The notes: a model not told the origin generated them from the sequence alone. A stretch of DNA of 64,000 nt from Candidatus Binatia bacterium (GCA_963664015.2 CAXXLF010000002.1:1824001-1888000); one strand, 5' to 3'; shown: positions 49,303 to 60,645, numbered from the stretch's first letter. Numbers and translations: made by a program.

Positions 49303-52155
49303 ATGAACCCTTTACAGGCACTGAACGATTATGGGCAATCGGTCTGGTTGGATTTTATCCGGCGCAGCCTCCTGACCAGCGGCGAGCTCGCCCGTCTTGT
49401 CCAGCAGGACAGTCTCCGTGGCGTGACCTCGAATCCGGCGATCTTTGAGAAGGCGATTACGGGCAGCACCGATTACACAGAGATGCTCAAGGATCTGGCG
49501 TCGCAGCACGGCGACGCCAAGGCGTTGTACGAGCAGGTAGCCATTGGGGATATTCAGGACGCTGCGGATGTGATGCAATCGGTCTATATGGAGACCAAGC
49601 GGCGTGACGGATACGTCAGCCTGGAGGTATCCCCCCACTTGGCCCGTGATACCAAGGGCACTCTGGAAGAGGCCCAGCGGCTTTGGAAGGCCGTGGGACG
49701 TGACAATCTAATGATCAAGGTGCCGGCGACACGGGCAGGGATCCCTGCCATCGAGCAACTGATTAGCGATGGGATCAATGTCAATGTGACCCTTCTCTTC
49801 TCTCAAGCCATTTACGAGAAAGTCGCAAAGGCTTACCTTGCGGGACTTCAAAAGTTTGCGAGCCAGGGTGGTGATGTGAGCCGGGTCGCCAGTGTGGCGA
49901 GTTTCTTTATCAGCCGCATAGACACGGCTGTGGATATGCGGCTCGAGGCTAGCATCAAGACTGCCAAACGGGCCAGCGAGCGAGCCCTGCTGCAAAGCCT
50001 CATGGGCAAGGTCGCCATTGCCAATGCCAGGCTGACCTATCAGAGTTACCAGGAGCTTTTTCGTGGCGAAGGGTGGCAGGCCCTGGCAAAAACAGGGGCA
50101 CAAACCCAACGGGTCCTCTGGGCCAGTACGAGCGCTAAAAACCCGAGCTATCGTGATGTGGTCTATGTGGAGGAGCTGATCGGGCCTGATACCGTCAATA
50201 CGATTCCACCAGCAACCTATGATGCCTTCCGGGACCACGGCCGGGTTCGCATGAGCCTGACTGAAGGGTTGGAAGAGGCGCACGATACCATGGAAACCCT
50301 CGCCAAGGTCGGGATCTCGATGAAAGAAGTGACCGACAAACTGCTGCATAACGGGGTCCGGTTATTCGTTGAGCCCTTTGACAAGCTCCTGGCGGCAGTG
50401 GGAAAAACCTGTCAGAAATCTGTCACAGCAAAGATCAACCAGCAGAGCTATTCGATACCGGAGCCTCTGTTATCAGCAGTGAAAGCCTCGTTGGAAGAAT
50501 GGCGTGCGGATGGCAAGGTCCCTCGGTTGTGGGCCCGGGATGCCACTCTGTGGACGGGCACCGACGAGGCCAATTGGCTCAGCTGGTTGGGTATAACCGA
50601 AGAACAACTCGAGCGGGCGACGCATTTCACGGACATCGCCGCTGAGGTCAAGAAAGCAAAGTTCTCTCACGTCCTGCTCCTGGGCATGGGAGGATCGAGC
50701 CTTTGTCCCGAGGTGATGCAAAGGACCTTTGGCAAACAGGCTGGCCACCCGGAGTTTCATGTCCTGGATTCAACGGATCCAGCCCAGGTCAAGGCGTTCG
50801 AGGAAAAGATCAATGTGGCCCGTTCCCTCTTCATCGTGTCGAGCAAATCCGGTGGGACCTTGGAGCCTAACATATTCAAGCAGTATTTCTTTAAACGGGT
50901 TCAACAGGTTGTCGGTGCGCAAAAAGCGGGAAGCCGGTTTATTGCCATCACGGATCCCGGTTCCAAGATGCAACAGGTTGCCGAGAGCGATGGGTTCCGC
51001 CGTGTGCTCTTTGGGCTACCCAGCATCGGTGGAAGGTACTCGGCGCTATCGGACTTCGGCATGGTGCCTGCGGCGATCATGGGCATCGACGTTCCACGCT
51101 TCCTTGACCGTACCGACGAGATGGTGCAGGCCTGTTCCTCTTGTGTCCCGGTGGAAGAGAATCCCGGTGTAGTCCTGGGGACCCTATTGGGGGTTCTGGT
51201 CAATCACGGACGGGACAAGGTCACACTTATCACCTCGCCGGGGATATTCGATCTCGGCGCGTGGTTGGAACAGCTCCTGGCAGAGTCGACGGGGAAAGAA
51301 GGGAAAGGGCTCATTCCCGTCGACTTGGAGGAAGTGGGTCCCCTGGAAGCGTATGGCAATGACCGGATCTTTGTCTACATGAGATTGGAAACGGCCCCTG
51401 ACGCACACCAGGATAAAGCCGTCGACGCCCTCGAGCGCGCTGGCCAACCCGTAATTCGCATTGCCGTATTGGACATTTATGATATCGGCCAGGAAATTTT
51501 TCGCTGGGAAATCGCAACAGCGGTGGCGGGAGCTATCATCGGGATCAATCCTTTTAACCAACCGGATGTGGAGGCCAGCAAGGTTGCCACTTGGAAATTG
51601 ACGACCGAGTACGAAAAGAAGGGGACACTACCCCGGGAGACTCCGATTCTAAATCAAAAGGGTATCAAACTCTTCACCGACGAGAAGAACACCGCGGCAC
51701 TGAAGCAGGCGGTGGGACAGGATCAAACCCTGATCGGATATCTCAAAGCCCATCTCAGTCGCATTTCAACCGGAGATTACCTTGCCCTGCTAGCCTATAT
51801 CGAGTTCAACACGGTACACCAAGAGCAATTACAGGCAATGCGGCATGCTGTCAGGGATAAGAAACAGGTGGCGACATGCCTGGGCTTCGGCCCGCGTTTT
51901 TTACACTCGACCGGTCAGGCCTATAAGGGTGGGCCTAATTCAGGCGTCTTTATACAGATTACCTGCGATGACGCGGTGGATCTAAAGGTTCCCGGCCAGA
52001 AGTACACCTTCGGCATCGTTAAAGCCGCGCAGGCACGAGGTGACTTCGAGGTGCTGGCTGAGCGCGACCGTCGCGCGTTGCGTGTTCACCTTGGCAAAGA
52101 CGTTAACGCCGGTTTGGCCACGCTGGGTAAGGCCATAGAGCAGGCGTTGGCATAG
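49303..52155 (+). CDS. tal: Bifunctional transaldolase/phosphoglucose isomerase
   Basis: GQSVWLD, GVTSNPAIF, MIKVPAT, NVTLLFS, LWAST; PGI half GMGGSSL, SSKSGGT.E, GGRYS, QL.AESTGK, NPFNQPDVE. Confidence 0.96.
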   Translation: MNPLQALNDYGQSVWLDFIRRSLLTSGELARLVQQDSLRGVTSNPAIFEKAITGSTDYTEMLKDLASQHGDAKALYEQVAIGDIQDAADVMQSVYMETKRRDGYVSLEVSPHLARDTKGTLEEAQRLWKAVGRDNLMIKVPATRAGIPAIEQLISDGINVNVTLLFSQAIYEKVAKAYLAGLQKFASQGGDVSRVASVASFFISRIDTAVDMRLEASIKTAKRASERALLQSLMGKVAIANARLTYQSYQELFRGEGWQALAKTGAQTQRVLWASTSAKNPSYRDVVYVEELIGPDTVNTIPPATYDAFRDHGRVRMSLTEGLEEAHDTMETLAKVGISMKEVTDKLLHNGVRLFVEPFDKLLAAVGKTCQKSVTAKINQQSYSIPEPLLSAVKASLEEWRADGKVPRLWARDATLWTGTDEANWLSWLGITEEQLERATHFTDIAAEVKKAKFSHVLLLGMGGSSLCPEVMQRTFGKQAGHPEFHVLDSTDPAQVKAFEEKINVARSLFIVSSKSGGTLEPNIFKQYFFKRVQQVVGAQKAGSRFIAITDPGSKMQQVAESDGFRRVLFGLPSIGGRYSALSDFGMVPAAIMGIDVPRFLDRTDEMVQACSSCVPVEENPGVVLGTLLGVLVNHGRDKVTLITSPGIFDLGAWLEQLLAESTGKEGKGLIPVDLEEVGPLEAYGNDRIFVYMRLETAPDAHQDKAVDALERAGQPVIRIAVLDIYDIGQEIFRWEIATAVAGAIIGINPFNQPDVEASKVATWKLTTEYEKKGTLPRETPILNQKGIKLFTDEKNTAALKQAVGQDQTLIGYLKAHLSRISTGDYLALLAYIEFNTVHQEQLQAMRHAVRDKKQVATCLGFGPRFLHSTGQAYKGGPNSGVFIQITCDDAVDLKVPGQKYTFGIVKAAQARGDFEVLAERDRRALRVHLGKDVNAGLATLGKAIEQALA

Positions 52156-52173
52156 GAGCCGCCCAAATCATAA

Positions 52174-52540
52174 TTATTTTACCTTGATCTTGATACCGCT
52201 TCTGGGCGAGGCTCAGTTTGGTGCGCTTCTGTTCGGACCGCGCTAAGATGACGACCCCCTTTTGATTTTTCATGCTGACTTCTCCGATGCCACCGGCTAC
52301 GGCAAATGTCGCCGAACCCGCCACATAGGTACCGGCAAGATTAGAGGCCCTGTTCAAGTCATAGACCTCGCCCTTGGCGCTCACCTTTGAATATCCCAGG
52401 TCGACCAGGCTGAGACCCTCAATGGAAAAGACGTATTCCTTACCCTTGAATCGGAGTTTTCCATCGCCCCAAGCGACACCGACCCCGAGAGCCACCGACG
52501 TGCTCTGAACGTCGATCGTGCCAGAGGGAACCCTCGTTGT
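52174..52540 (-). pseudogene. DUF1134/EipA-like beta protein remnant
   Basis: PSGTIDVQSTSVALGVGVAWGDGKL.F.G..Y.F...GLS...G.VY.L...LAG.Y. No clear start; 3' frameshift. Confidence 0.6.
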
Positions 52541-52559
52541 TTTCTCGTAGTTGGGATAC

Positions 52560-53178
52560 GACTTAACGGTTCCCAGCAGTTGACCTTCGTTGTGTTCGTT
52601 AACCTGCTAGCCCCTTTGGATCAACTGATAACGTGCAACCGGGCTTACCGAACCGGTCACCCATAGGTGCTTTTCTGTGACTCCTGGCTTCTTGCTGATT
52701 GCAAAGTTTGCTGCATCGATGAACTTGGCGATGTTCTCGGTCCAAACCAGATAATCCAGGGGGACGTTGAGAACCAACTTACCCCCGCCCGTGCTAGCGG
52801 AGACGAATTGCCCCAGGGGAACGAAACTCTTTACCGGTTCTATGGTTCGGTTATAACCCGCGTACATCTCAGCCTGAAACTGGCGGAGATGAGTGATCAC
52901 AGGGTCATTGGCTGGTATGGAATACTTGATAAAGGCGCTCCGGTTCGCCGCCGGCTTCATCTCGTCCAGGGCCCCGACGATCAAGGTTTGCTCGCGCGGA
53001 AAGAGTTGGACGGGCTGAGCGTCGCTGGCACTTCGTATTGGGGAGCCATGGCCGTGACAGGGCTCCCCAAAAGGGCCAACGACAATGCTAACGAGATCCC
53101 GTATCCGCTTCGTTTCGTCCATCGGCGGCCGCCTGCTAGCCGTGTCAATATGAGTAGGTTGCTCCCAATTGATTTCAT
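52560..53178 (-). pseudogene. Fragmented exported hypothetical protein
   Basis: Signal-peptide piece (52981-53178) out of frame with the C-terminal piece PLDYLVWT...LWVTG.VSP.AR...RG*QV. Confidence 0.5.
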
Positions 53179-53403
53179 GATGGACTTCTTTTAATGCAAT
53201 TGAAGAGTGCCACTATAACACCGGGCTTTCCCCTCGCTTGTTGCGAAAGACCCGGTCAATATTTATGACCTTCTAACTGATGACGTTCAGGAGGCTACCT
53301 TGTTCCGGTACATTGGCGCAAGAATCTATAGCCAGGCTTTGAATTTTCTCCTGAACAGTCAAGTCAAGCACAAAATGTCCCGGTTGCGGTGCGTTCCATA
53401 CTT

Positions 53404-56400
53404 CTATGGCTTTGACGGAGCCGCGGCGACCTCCGGATTCCCCAAATCGCCCTTGACCGTAATAGGGACGGAAAGAATGTTGCCGCCCAGAATATTTCTA
53501 ATGATAGGCGTTCTTTGCGTGAGAGCGTTTATGGTCTTAAAGGGTGCGATAAAAAGCTTGAAATTCAACTTTCGGCTCATGAGATCTACCTCTCCCGTCC
53601 CTATGATATCCATGGACGACCCATCGATGAGGAATTCGGTGACATCGATCTTACCATCCTTCAAATCTCCTTTGGCTATAATAGAATCGAATGAGAATCC
53701 TTCTTTTCTTAAATCAGGGACTTTCCCTCTGAATAATTCTGTAAGGTTTACTAAGGCTAATGCCTTGGCCAGCATGCTAAACTCGTAAATGCGTCCCTTT
53801 TTTGAAATGAATTCGAGTTTTCCCGTGGCAGTCTTGATCAATTCATTGCTCTTTCCCTGAGCCTTGAATTTTGCATCGAAGTCAAAAGTTCCTGTTCCAC
53901 GCCGCTGTTCATATCCCAGGCACCGGGTCGTCTTTTCGTAATCCTCGTCCTTGGCCAGCAGCGAAAAGTCCCATGACAAGTCATCGGGGTCTATTGTTAA
54001 GGTCCCGGTCGAGGAAATTCCGCAGAGAGCCGCCTTGTTCACTGCTATGCTTATGGAATCTTGAAGCCGAGAGATGTCCGCATGCAACGGACTCCAGGTC
54101 AAGTCGCCAAAAAGGAACGAGTCGGATTTTAACCGAACCGTACCACGAACGGGCAAATCCCAGAATTTGCTTTTCTCTCGACCGTTATTGCTCTGACTCT
54201 TAGAAGGAAAACGCTCTTTCAGCTTTCCCCAATTCAGTTGGTTGAGGGTAAGGTCCAGATTCAAGACAAAGGCGTCTTCTGCCGCGCTGATGGATCCCTG
54301 GAGATTCCCTTTATGCTGTTCCGAAGTAAGGGCCATCGACTTAAAATCAAGCCTTTTGCCATTTGCACTGACCGCCATGTCATTAATGATCAGAGGGACA
54401 TTGAACTGTTTTAGAAAACCAAGGCCTTTCCCTTCAAGGGTTCCGTGAATCCTGGAGTTCGCCGGATAGTCAAGAAAGATATGTGCACGAAAGTTGCCCC
54501 GCAGCCATTCGTTTTGTTGTGGGGTGTTTACCAGTATCTTTCCCGTCGTCCCTTGTGTGAGGGTCCCGTTAAAGTTGAAAGCGTATTCATTCTCGGACCG
54601 TCGCATTCCAAGTGAAGCGTTGGATTCATCATCACGGACCGTCAGATTTTTAATGGTCAGTTCCTGGGGGGACGCCTCGATATCCAGCGAAAGCTGCGGG
54701 CCGTTGTTAATCGTGAGGTCCCCTTTGAAAGAGATCTGTTTGCCTTTTTGCCACTGCAACTGGGATGGAGAGAATGACATCGGGGAACGGACGTGGAGTT
54801 GGGGTGGTAGGTTCATCAAGTCGGAAAGCCATGCCGTCGCTTCCGCTCCCAAATCGCCGCTCAAGGTCACCTCGGCCTTCTCTAGCCTGCGTATGGGGGA
54901 AGGGAGAATGCCGGACACCTTTATGCGGGCATCCGCCATTTGAGCATTGATGTTATTGACGACAATCTCTTCTGGGCTTGCCTTGAAAAACCCGCTCGTT
55001 ATTTTCATCGGGCCGGGCAGCAATTTCGATTCAATGACGAGGTCATCCAATTCCCCGTTCAGGTTGTAACGCCACTTTTCTAGGCTGAGAATGGGACCTT
55101 TTAAATCGATGCTAGACAATAATATGGCACCTTTGGCAGAAGTAACTGCATCCAGCTCAGGTGCGAGGTTTTTGAAGGAGAGAAGCCAGGGGTAAATGTC
55201 TTCCAAAACGAAAGAGGTGCGTCCCGATTCAATGGTCAAGAAAGATTCCCTTTTGAGGTTGAGAGAACCTTTCAGATTGGAAAAAGTTGAGCGTCCCATT
55301 TGGCCGCGTAGTTGGTCGACATTGACACCTGTCTCATTATACGAGATCTGCCCACCCTTTATTTGGAGCGGAAATGGCAGTGGTCGATAACTCGCCGATA
55401 CATTGACCTTCGAAAGATCTACTCGGACATTCAACGAGCCGACTCGGTCTCCCAGGATGAGCTTGCCTTGAACCTCACCTTTGGCATCGTTTATTTTCTG
55501 CAATTCATTTTTGATGGCATCATCATTGATCAGACGTGTGATCAATGGTGGAACCTCACTCAGGTCGGTCGTGACCTCTATTTCAACATTCAGCAGGGGA
55601 TTGGGGCCCGTGAGTCCGACTCTTATTTTCCCATTTTCACCCCGGGTCTTGAGCAGTCTCGCTGCAACGTTAGAACCCTCCAGAACTCCTTGGGAAATGA
55701 CGACATCGCCATCGACGTCTTCGAAATTCAAATCAACGGCTGGAATATAGATATTTCCATTGGACAGCTTCCCGCGAATAACCAAGGCCTCCTTACTGTC
55801 CAGGCCTTTCCATGATTTCGCCTGGCTGGTGATGGTCATCGAAGGGATGGTTCCCCCTCGCACGAATTGGAAGATGTCCTGTACGTCCGGATCGTCACCT
55901 GCAAGGGTAAGGGCAACCGCGCGGGTTGAAAGGAGATCGAAATCGTTCACTTTTAGTTTGAGATCGATAATGGAAGTGTCCCTTTGTGCTTTCAGGGTGC
56001 CAGAGAGAGAAAGCCGCGGAGACTCGAGTTCCAGTGTGTCAATGGTGACGGACCTGGTACGCTCGTTCAATTCAATGGAACTCTTCAGGCTTTTGACGAT
56101 GACCGTGGTCTGTTTACTTCGTTTGAATGCGGTAAGAATTAGCTTTGAGCTTCTTAACTTCGCTAGTAAATCCGTGAGGCCTTTCGTTAGAAAATTTATT
56201 TTAAAAGACCGAATAGGCTCAATAATGCGATAATCAGCCAGGGCAGGTACGTAGCGACTCAATATCAGAGGGTGGAAGCCTTCCAGCTCAACGGTCCCCT
56301 TAGCAATCAATGGCCCGGGTTCCAAAGTGGCGTGAATGGCGACGCTTTCTGAGAGATTGGACTTGCTGTCCAAATCAATTTTGAATTGTTTGGGGCTGAG

Positions 56401-56952
56401 CTCAAAAACAGCATCCACGTCATCAAAGGAAAGCAAGGACCCATCTGTTGCTGTTAGAGTCAGTCGTCCTTCATCTATCTCGATATCGAGGTCCGTTACA
56501 TTTGTGGCTAAAGCTCTAACGGCGGTAAGAACCTTTTGCTTTATTCCGTCAAAATCGATCGGTGTATCTGTTGGGAAGGGAAGCTTTATAAATATTTCAG
56601 GTGCTTCCAGGTGAAGCTCGTTAATCCGTACTTGGGCCCACAAGAGAGGAATAAGTTCAGGATAAGCGGCCAAAGAGTTCACGCTTCCTGTGGCGGTATT
56701 GGGGATGGACACGATTCCTTGGTGGATCACGACATGAGGCAGTGGGAAAACCGAGAAACCCATGCTCTCAAATTGGACCCTCCCCCCTATCTGCTCAGAG
56801 ATCGTTGTCTCTAGCTTGGTTTTGATGGCCTGGGAGTTGAAAAACTTCGGCGCGATGTAAGGAAAGACAATGGAAAATACTACAAGAAAGACAAGCAGCG
56901 CCCCCGTCAACCACAGGGATTTTTTCTTCTTTTTGCACATATTCGGGGTCAA
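53404..56952 (-). CDS. AsmA-like (YhdP/TamB-type) lipid transport protein
   Basis: N-terminal TM anchor, long beta-rich body, C-terminal AsmA_2-like GFSFDSI...G.I...G..D...P...IPII...GDL.NP. Confidence 0.85.
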   Translation of the reverse strand: MTPNMCKKKKKSLWLTGALLVFLVVFSIVFPYIAPKFFNSQAIKTKLETTISEQIGGRVQFESMGFSVFPLPHVVIHQGIVSIPNTATGSVNSLAAYPELIPLLWAQVRINELHLEAPEIFIKLPFPTDTPIDFDGIKQKVLTAVRALATNVTDLDIEIDEGRLTLTATDGSLLSFDDVDAVFELSPKQFKIDLDSKSNLSESVAIHATLEPGPLIAKGTVELEGFHPLILSRYVPALADYRIIEPIRSFKINFLTKGLTDLLAKLRSSKLILTAFKRSKQTTVIVKSLKSSIELNERTRSVTIDTLELESPRLSLSGTLKAQRDTSIIDLKLKVNDFDLLSTRAVALTLAGDDPDVQDIFQFVRGGTIPSMTITSQAKSWKGLDSKEALVIRGKLSNGNIYIPAVDLNFEDVDGDVVISQGVLEGSNVAARLLKTRGENGKIRVGLTGPNPLLNVEIEVTTDLSEVPPLITRLINDDAIKNELQKINDAKGEVQGKLILGDRVGSLNVRVDLSKVNVSASYRPLPFPLQIKGGQISYNETGVNVDQLRGQMGRSTFSNLKGSLNLKRESFLTIESGRTSFVLEDIYPWLLSFKNLAPELDAVTSAKGAILLSSIDLKGPILSLEKWRYNLNGELDDLVIESKLLPGPMKITSGFFKASPEEIVVNNINAQMADARIKVSGILPSPIRRLEKAEVTLSGDLGAEATAWLSDLMNLPPQLHVRSPMSFSPSQLQWQKGKQISFKGDLTINNGPQLSLDIEASPQELTIKNLTVRDDESNASLGMRRSENEYAFNFNGTLTQGTTGKILVNTPQQNEWLRGNFRAHIFLDYPANSRIHGTLEGKGLGFLKQFNVPLIINDMAVSANGKRLDFKSMALTSEQHKGNLQGSISAAEDAFVLNLDLTLNQLNWGKLKERFPSKSQSNNGREKSKFWDLPVRGTVRLKSDSFLFGDLTWSPLHADISRLQDSISIAVNKAALCGISSTGTLTIDPDDLSWDFSLLAKDEDYEKTTRCLGYEQRRGTGTFDFDAKFKAQGKSNELIKTATGKLEFISKKGRIYEFSMLAKALALVNLTELFRGKVPDLRKEGFSFDSIIAKGDLKDGKIDVTEFLIDGSSMDIIGTGEVDLMSRKLNFKLFIAPFKTINALTQRTPIIRNILGGNILSVPITVKGDLGNPEVAAAPSKP

Positions 56953-57074
56953 ACTAACACCGGTACCTTTGCAAATAATGTGGCAGAGTTCTGAGAATTT
57001 ACAATAGGCTCAAGACGATCACATCCGAAATTGAGGGTCGACCCGCCTTAGATAAAAAGCGTGAATGAATTTAG

Positions 57075-58013
57075 TTACTTGCGTGGCAAGCGGACCTCGA
57101 GTAGGTGCTGGAGCAGGATCCTTCCCATTTCGCTGATGGCGAGTGGGTGCCCTAGAACCGAGTGCCCCGACTGAACCACGAGCTCCGATTCGGCGTCGTC
57201 CAGGTGAGCGTTCTTGTAGACGACAACGCCATCGTCCCCTTGGGTGGGATCCCCTTCTCCGTTGACCGAGATGATGGAGTGGTCTTTCCCCTCTGGTGCC
57301 ACCGGAATGGAAGCTATGGTCTTTATGAACGGGTGGTCGGGAGACATATTATCGACGCTGGTCGGGATATACCCGTGGAATTCAGGTGGAAACGTCATTT
57401 TTGAAAATATCCCTGTGCCGAGTTTTATGATATTTATCGGCATCGTCACTAGCATAGAGCTCAGTTTGCCGATCCAATTGCCGGTGATGAAGCTGCCTCT
57501 TTGAGGAGTTGAAATAAAGATTACGCGCCGGGCGAATGGGAGAGGTTCGAAGAAAAGACTGCGCTGTAGAATCGCGCTTTGCTTCTCGGTGGAGGACATC
57601 TCGTCGAAGTTTTTGTCACTGATGTTCCGCCAAAATTTGTCGTCGCTTATTGCAACCATCATCTTGGTCAGGAGGTCACCCTGGCTGTGGCCGATCACTA
57701 CCGTTTGTTTCAGCGCGGAGTCGGAATCCTCAGGGTTGAATGAGCTTACCGCCTCTCGTAAAGAGTCACGGAGTAGGGATACGGAATAAGCAATAGGGTT
57801 CCCAGTGGTATAGATAAAGAACCAGAACTGGAACCGTTTGCGTATCTCGTGATTTCCCTGCAGGCCGTTAAACATCTTGGCCCATGTGGCTGGGCTGGAG
57901 GCCGTGCCGTGAACAATGACAACGGTGATCTTGCCCACCAGGTACGGCTGAATCAAGTAAAGCCCCGTCTTCAGCCATCTTCTATTCGCTGGTAAGGAAG
58001 GCGGCCGTTGCAA
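57075..58013 (-). pseudogene. Alpha/beta hydrolase (esterase/lipase), N-terminally truncated
   Basis: VHGTASSP, GHSQG nucleophile elbow, DGVV, H. No good start; degenerate motifs (GHSQGD, STPQRGS). Confidence 0.65.
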
Positions 58014-58186
58014 ACTTCCAGAGAACGGACTCTTCCAGTGAAGAGGCCAGGGGCGCGCTCAGATCTGCCTCCAAGGGAACCTTTCGGTCCCGCACATCGA
58101 TCTGTGGAACATCGAAGGGCGAATAGAGCTCCAAGGAGGTCGAAACCGTTTGAGCGCTTTGACTGTTTTCGGTCCGATAGGTGGGA

Positions 58187-58765
58187 CTAGGGAGCCGGGG
58201 TGATCTTGATTATATTTGTGCCCTCGAGTCCGATGCCGGCCATGACACCTTTCTGGTCGAAGATGAAGGCGTACACACCTTTCCGTAGTGTCGTACTTGA
58301 TAGCGACCCCGCAACACCTTTGTCCAAGACCACGAGACTGGTTCCTGTGCCCAACTCCCACCCGCGGCTCTTGTCCATATACTCCAGCGACGCATCGTCC
58401 ATGAACATCAATACATAGTCAAAGGCCTGAAGTCCGGCTTGAAGACCAAAAGAGGCTGCAATAGATCGGTAATAGGCAACGGTCTTGCCTTGTTTGAGTA
58501 GCGCCCCGTCTCCCATATGGCCACCGATGAGGAAGCCCGCCTTCACGATCTTGGGAAAGACCAGGATACCCTTGGCCTTGTCCCCCAATATCTTGGATCC
58601 CGGTGTCGTATCGTAAAGTCTCTTAAGAACGTCCGTGACTTTGTGATCGATCTCACTTGCACTTGCCGCCAACGCCGGACCTGAAGCGACAAGGCCCATC
58701 ACTAGCATGCTGAATACTGAGGTTAATAACAGCCCCCGATAATTTGTTTCTTTGATAAGGCGCAT
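58187..58765 (-). CDS. YSC84/SYLF lipid-binding domain protein
   Basis: Signal peptide; AKGILVFP...KAGF..GG..G.G, SFGLQAG.Q, GWE.G, KG.MAG..LEG..I. Confidence 0.88.
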   Translation of the reverse strand: MRLIKETNYRGLLLTSVFSMLVMGLVASGPALAASASEIDHKVTDVLKRLYDTTPGSKILGDKAKGILVFPKIVKAGFLIGGHMGDGALLKQGKTVAYYRSIAASFGLQAGLQAFDYVLMFMDDASLEYMDKSRGWELGTGTSLVVLDKGVAGSLSSTTLRKGVYAFIFDQKGVMAGIGLEGTNIIKITPAP

Positions 58766-59031
58766 TGGACCCCCCCCCGTCTTTCACCTGCATTTGGTAT
58801 TGAGATTATTCATATCTTCCTTGTGGGTTTAGGTCAATGATAGCTTTGCTGGATCGTTAAGCAGCATATGGCATGATTTTACAAACAATGATTGCAGATG
58901 ACCTGCGTCACCGGAAGGTTAATGTTAATCACCCGCCAATCCGGCATCGCGTCGAACCCCTATGTCAGACAATAACAGCCACGACCTTCGAATTAGAGCA
59001 TGGGTACTACGATATTTTTGTTGGGGATCGG

Positions 59032-60123
59032 TTATTTCCCTGCCGGTTCAGTTCTTGGTTCTGTTTCCTTTCCTCCCGGGCCTTCGTCTATCCATGCCCC
59101 GAGAAGCGCGTTGGCGACCGTGAGGATTACGGGTCCGACAAAGATGCCGATGAGGCCGAAGGCTAGCAGACCGCCGATGACGCCGGCAATGATGAGAAAC
59201 AGCGGGAGTTTGCCACCTTTCTTAATGAGGAAAGGGCGCAGAAAATTATCCATGGTTCCGACGATGACGGTCATGACCAGTAGAAACGTTCCCCATCCCG
59301 AGCTGCCGCTCCAATAGAGCCAGATCACTGCGGGTAAAAGGATCAGGACGGGTCCGATCTGTGCGATGCAGAGGAGGAGCATAACAGCTGATAAAACGGC
59401 GGCGAACGGGACACCCGCCAGCGCCAGGGCGATCCCGCCCAAAATCGACTGGGCGAGTGCCGTGACCACGACGCCCAAGGCGACACCCCGGATGGTTTGG
59501 CCGGCAAGGTGAACCATCCTTTCACCACTGGCTCCCCCGAGACGGTATCCGAACTTCAGGACTTGATCGGTCACGAATTCCCCATTGGCGTAAAGGGCTG
59601 CAGCGAGAATGACCGTCAGCAGGAACTGTACCAGCAAAAATCCGAAATTTCCGAGCTGAGCCAACACCCACTTGAATATCCCGGAGGCGTAAGGGACGGT
59701 CTTAGCAACAATTCCCTCGATTCCCAAGGCAGCAATACTCTCCCAGGCCTCAACTAACTTCTCTCCAGCCAGCGGCAGATTTGCCAACGTTTCAGGTGGG
59801 GAACCCATCTTAAAATTCGCGAGCGACCTGATCCATGTCGCGATATGCTCTGCGTTGGAGGTAATCGTTCCGACGGTCAATATCAATGGAATGACTAGAA
59901 CACAGAGCAGAACGAGTGTCATCAACGCCACCGTGACAGAACGATTGAACTTTAGCCGAGCCTCGGCTGCTGCCAAGAACGGCCAGGTTGCGACCACGAT
60001 GGTTGTTGCCCATACGATCGCGCCGAGAAACGGCCCCAGAACCCAGAGGAACGACACAACAAGGATCAAAACAAACAGGACCTTTAATATAGTACGGGTG
60101 GTGTCACTTTCCGTGTCGGGCAT
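59032..60123 (-). CDS. ydiK: AI-2E family transporter YdiK
   Basis: WATTIVVATWP, IRGVALGVVVTAL.Q, AQIGP, DNFLRP.LI, GVIGGL.AFG.IGIF.GPV. Confidence 0.9.
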   Translation of the reverse strand: MPDTESDTTRTILKVLFVLILVVSFLWVLGPFLGAIVWATTIVVATWPFLAAAEARLKFNRSVTVALMTLVLLCVLVIPLILTVGTITSNAEHIATWIRSLANFKMGSPPETLANLPLAGEKLVEAWESIAALGIEGIVAKTVPYASGIFKWVLAQLGNFGFLLVQFLLTVILAAALYANGEFVTDQVLKFGYRLGGASGERMVHLAGQTIRGVALGVVVTALAQSILGGIALALAGVPFAAVLSAVMLLLCIAQIGPVLILLPAVIWLYWSGSSGWGTFLLVMTVIVGTMDNFLRPFLIKKGGKLPLFLIIAGVIGGLLAFGLIGIFVGPVILTVANALLGAWIDEGPGGKETEPRTEPAGK

Positions 60124-60348
60124 TCGCTAAACCTCTCAGGTTAAAGGTCATTGCATCCTGGCCCCCGCGATTGGAGATTAATCGTGACCGAGACAGGAAT
60201 CCTCTCACTCCTTATAATATCCGATTACGGCTGCAATGTCCCCTCGAAATCTCCGAACCGACCGATTCCTTATCTTCGATCAGCTACCCAAATCGGCGGG
60301 TAATTGAATTTAAAAGATTTTATGCCGCAGATTGGTACAGGCAAATAA

Positions 60349-60632
60349 TGGCATAGCGGAGGGCACATAGCGTTCGGAAAACCCCCGACGGCCATTATCT
60401 ATTGCCTTGCTCTCTACTCTATGCACTCTGCCCCATGCCCTTGGCCAGTCTTAACCACTGAGGCGTGGTGGGCCCGACGCAGAAGTAAGACAATTAGCAG
60501 ATGGCAGGGAGCAGGAATGAGGGATGAGTCGTGAGGAAATCTAGCTGTCAGCCAGGCCACATAGGGAGACAGAAGGCAGCCGGAATAGTATTAAGTGTTA
60601 AGCAATGAGTGTTGAGGAAAGACCGCAGAGCC
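60349..60632. repeat. Cluster of degenerate short-period repeat arms
   Basis: GGCATAGCG/CTATGC arms, AAGTAAGACA, GCAGATGGCAGGGAGCAG, AGCTGTCAGCC, AGTGTTAAG/AGTGTTGAG. Confidence 0.6.
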
Positions 60633-60645
60633 GGTAGCTCTGGAA

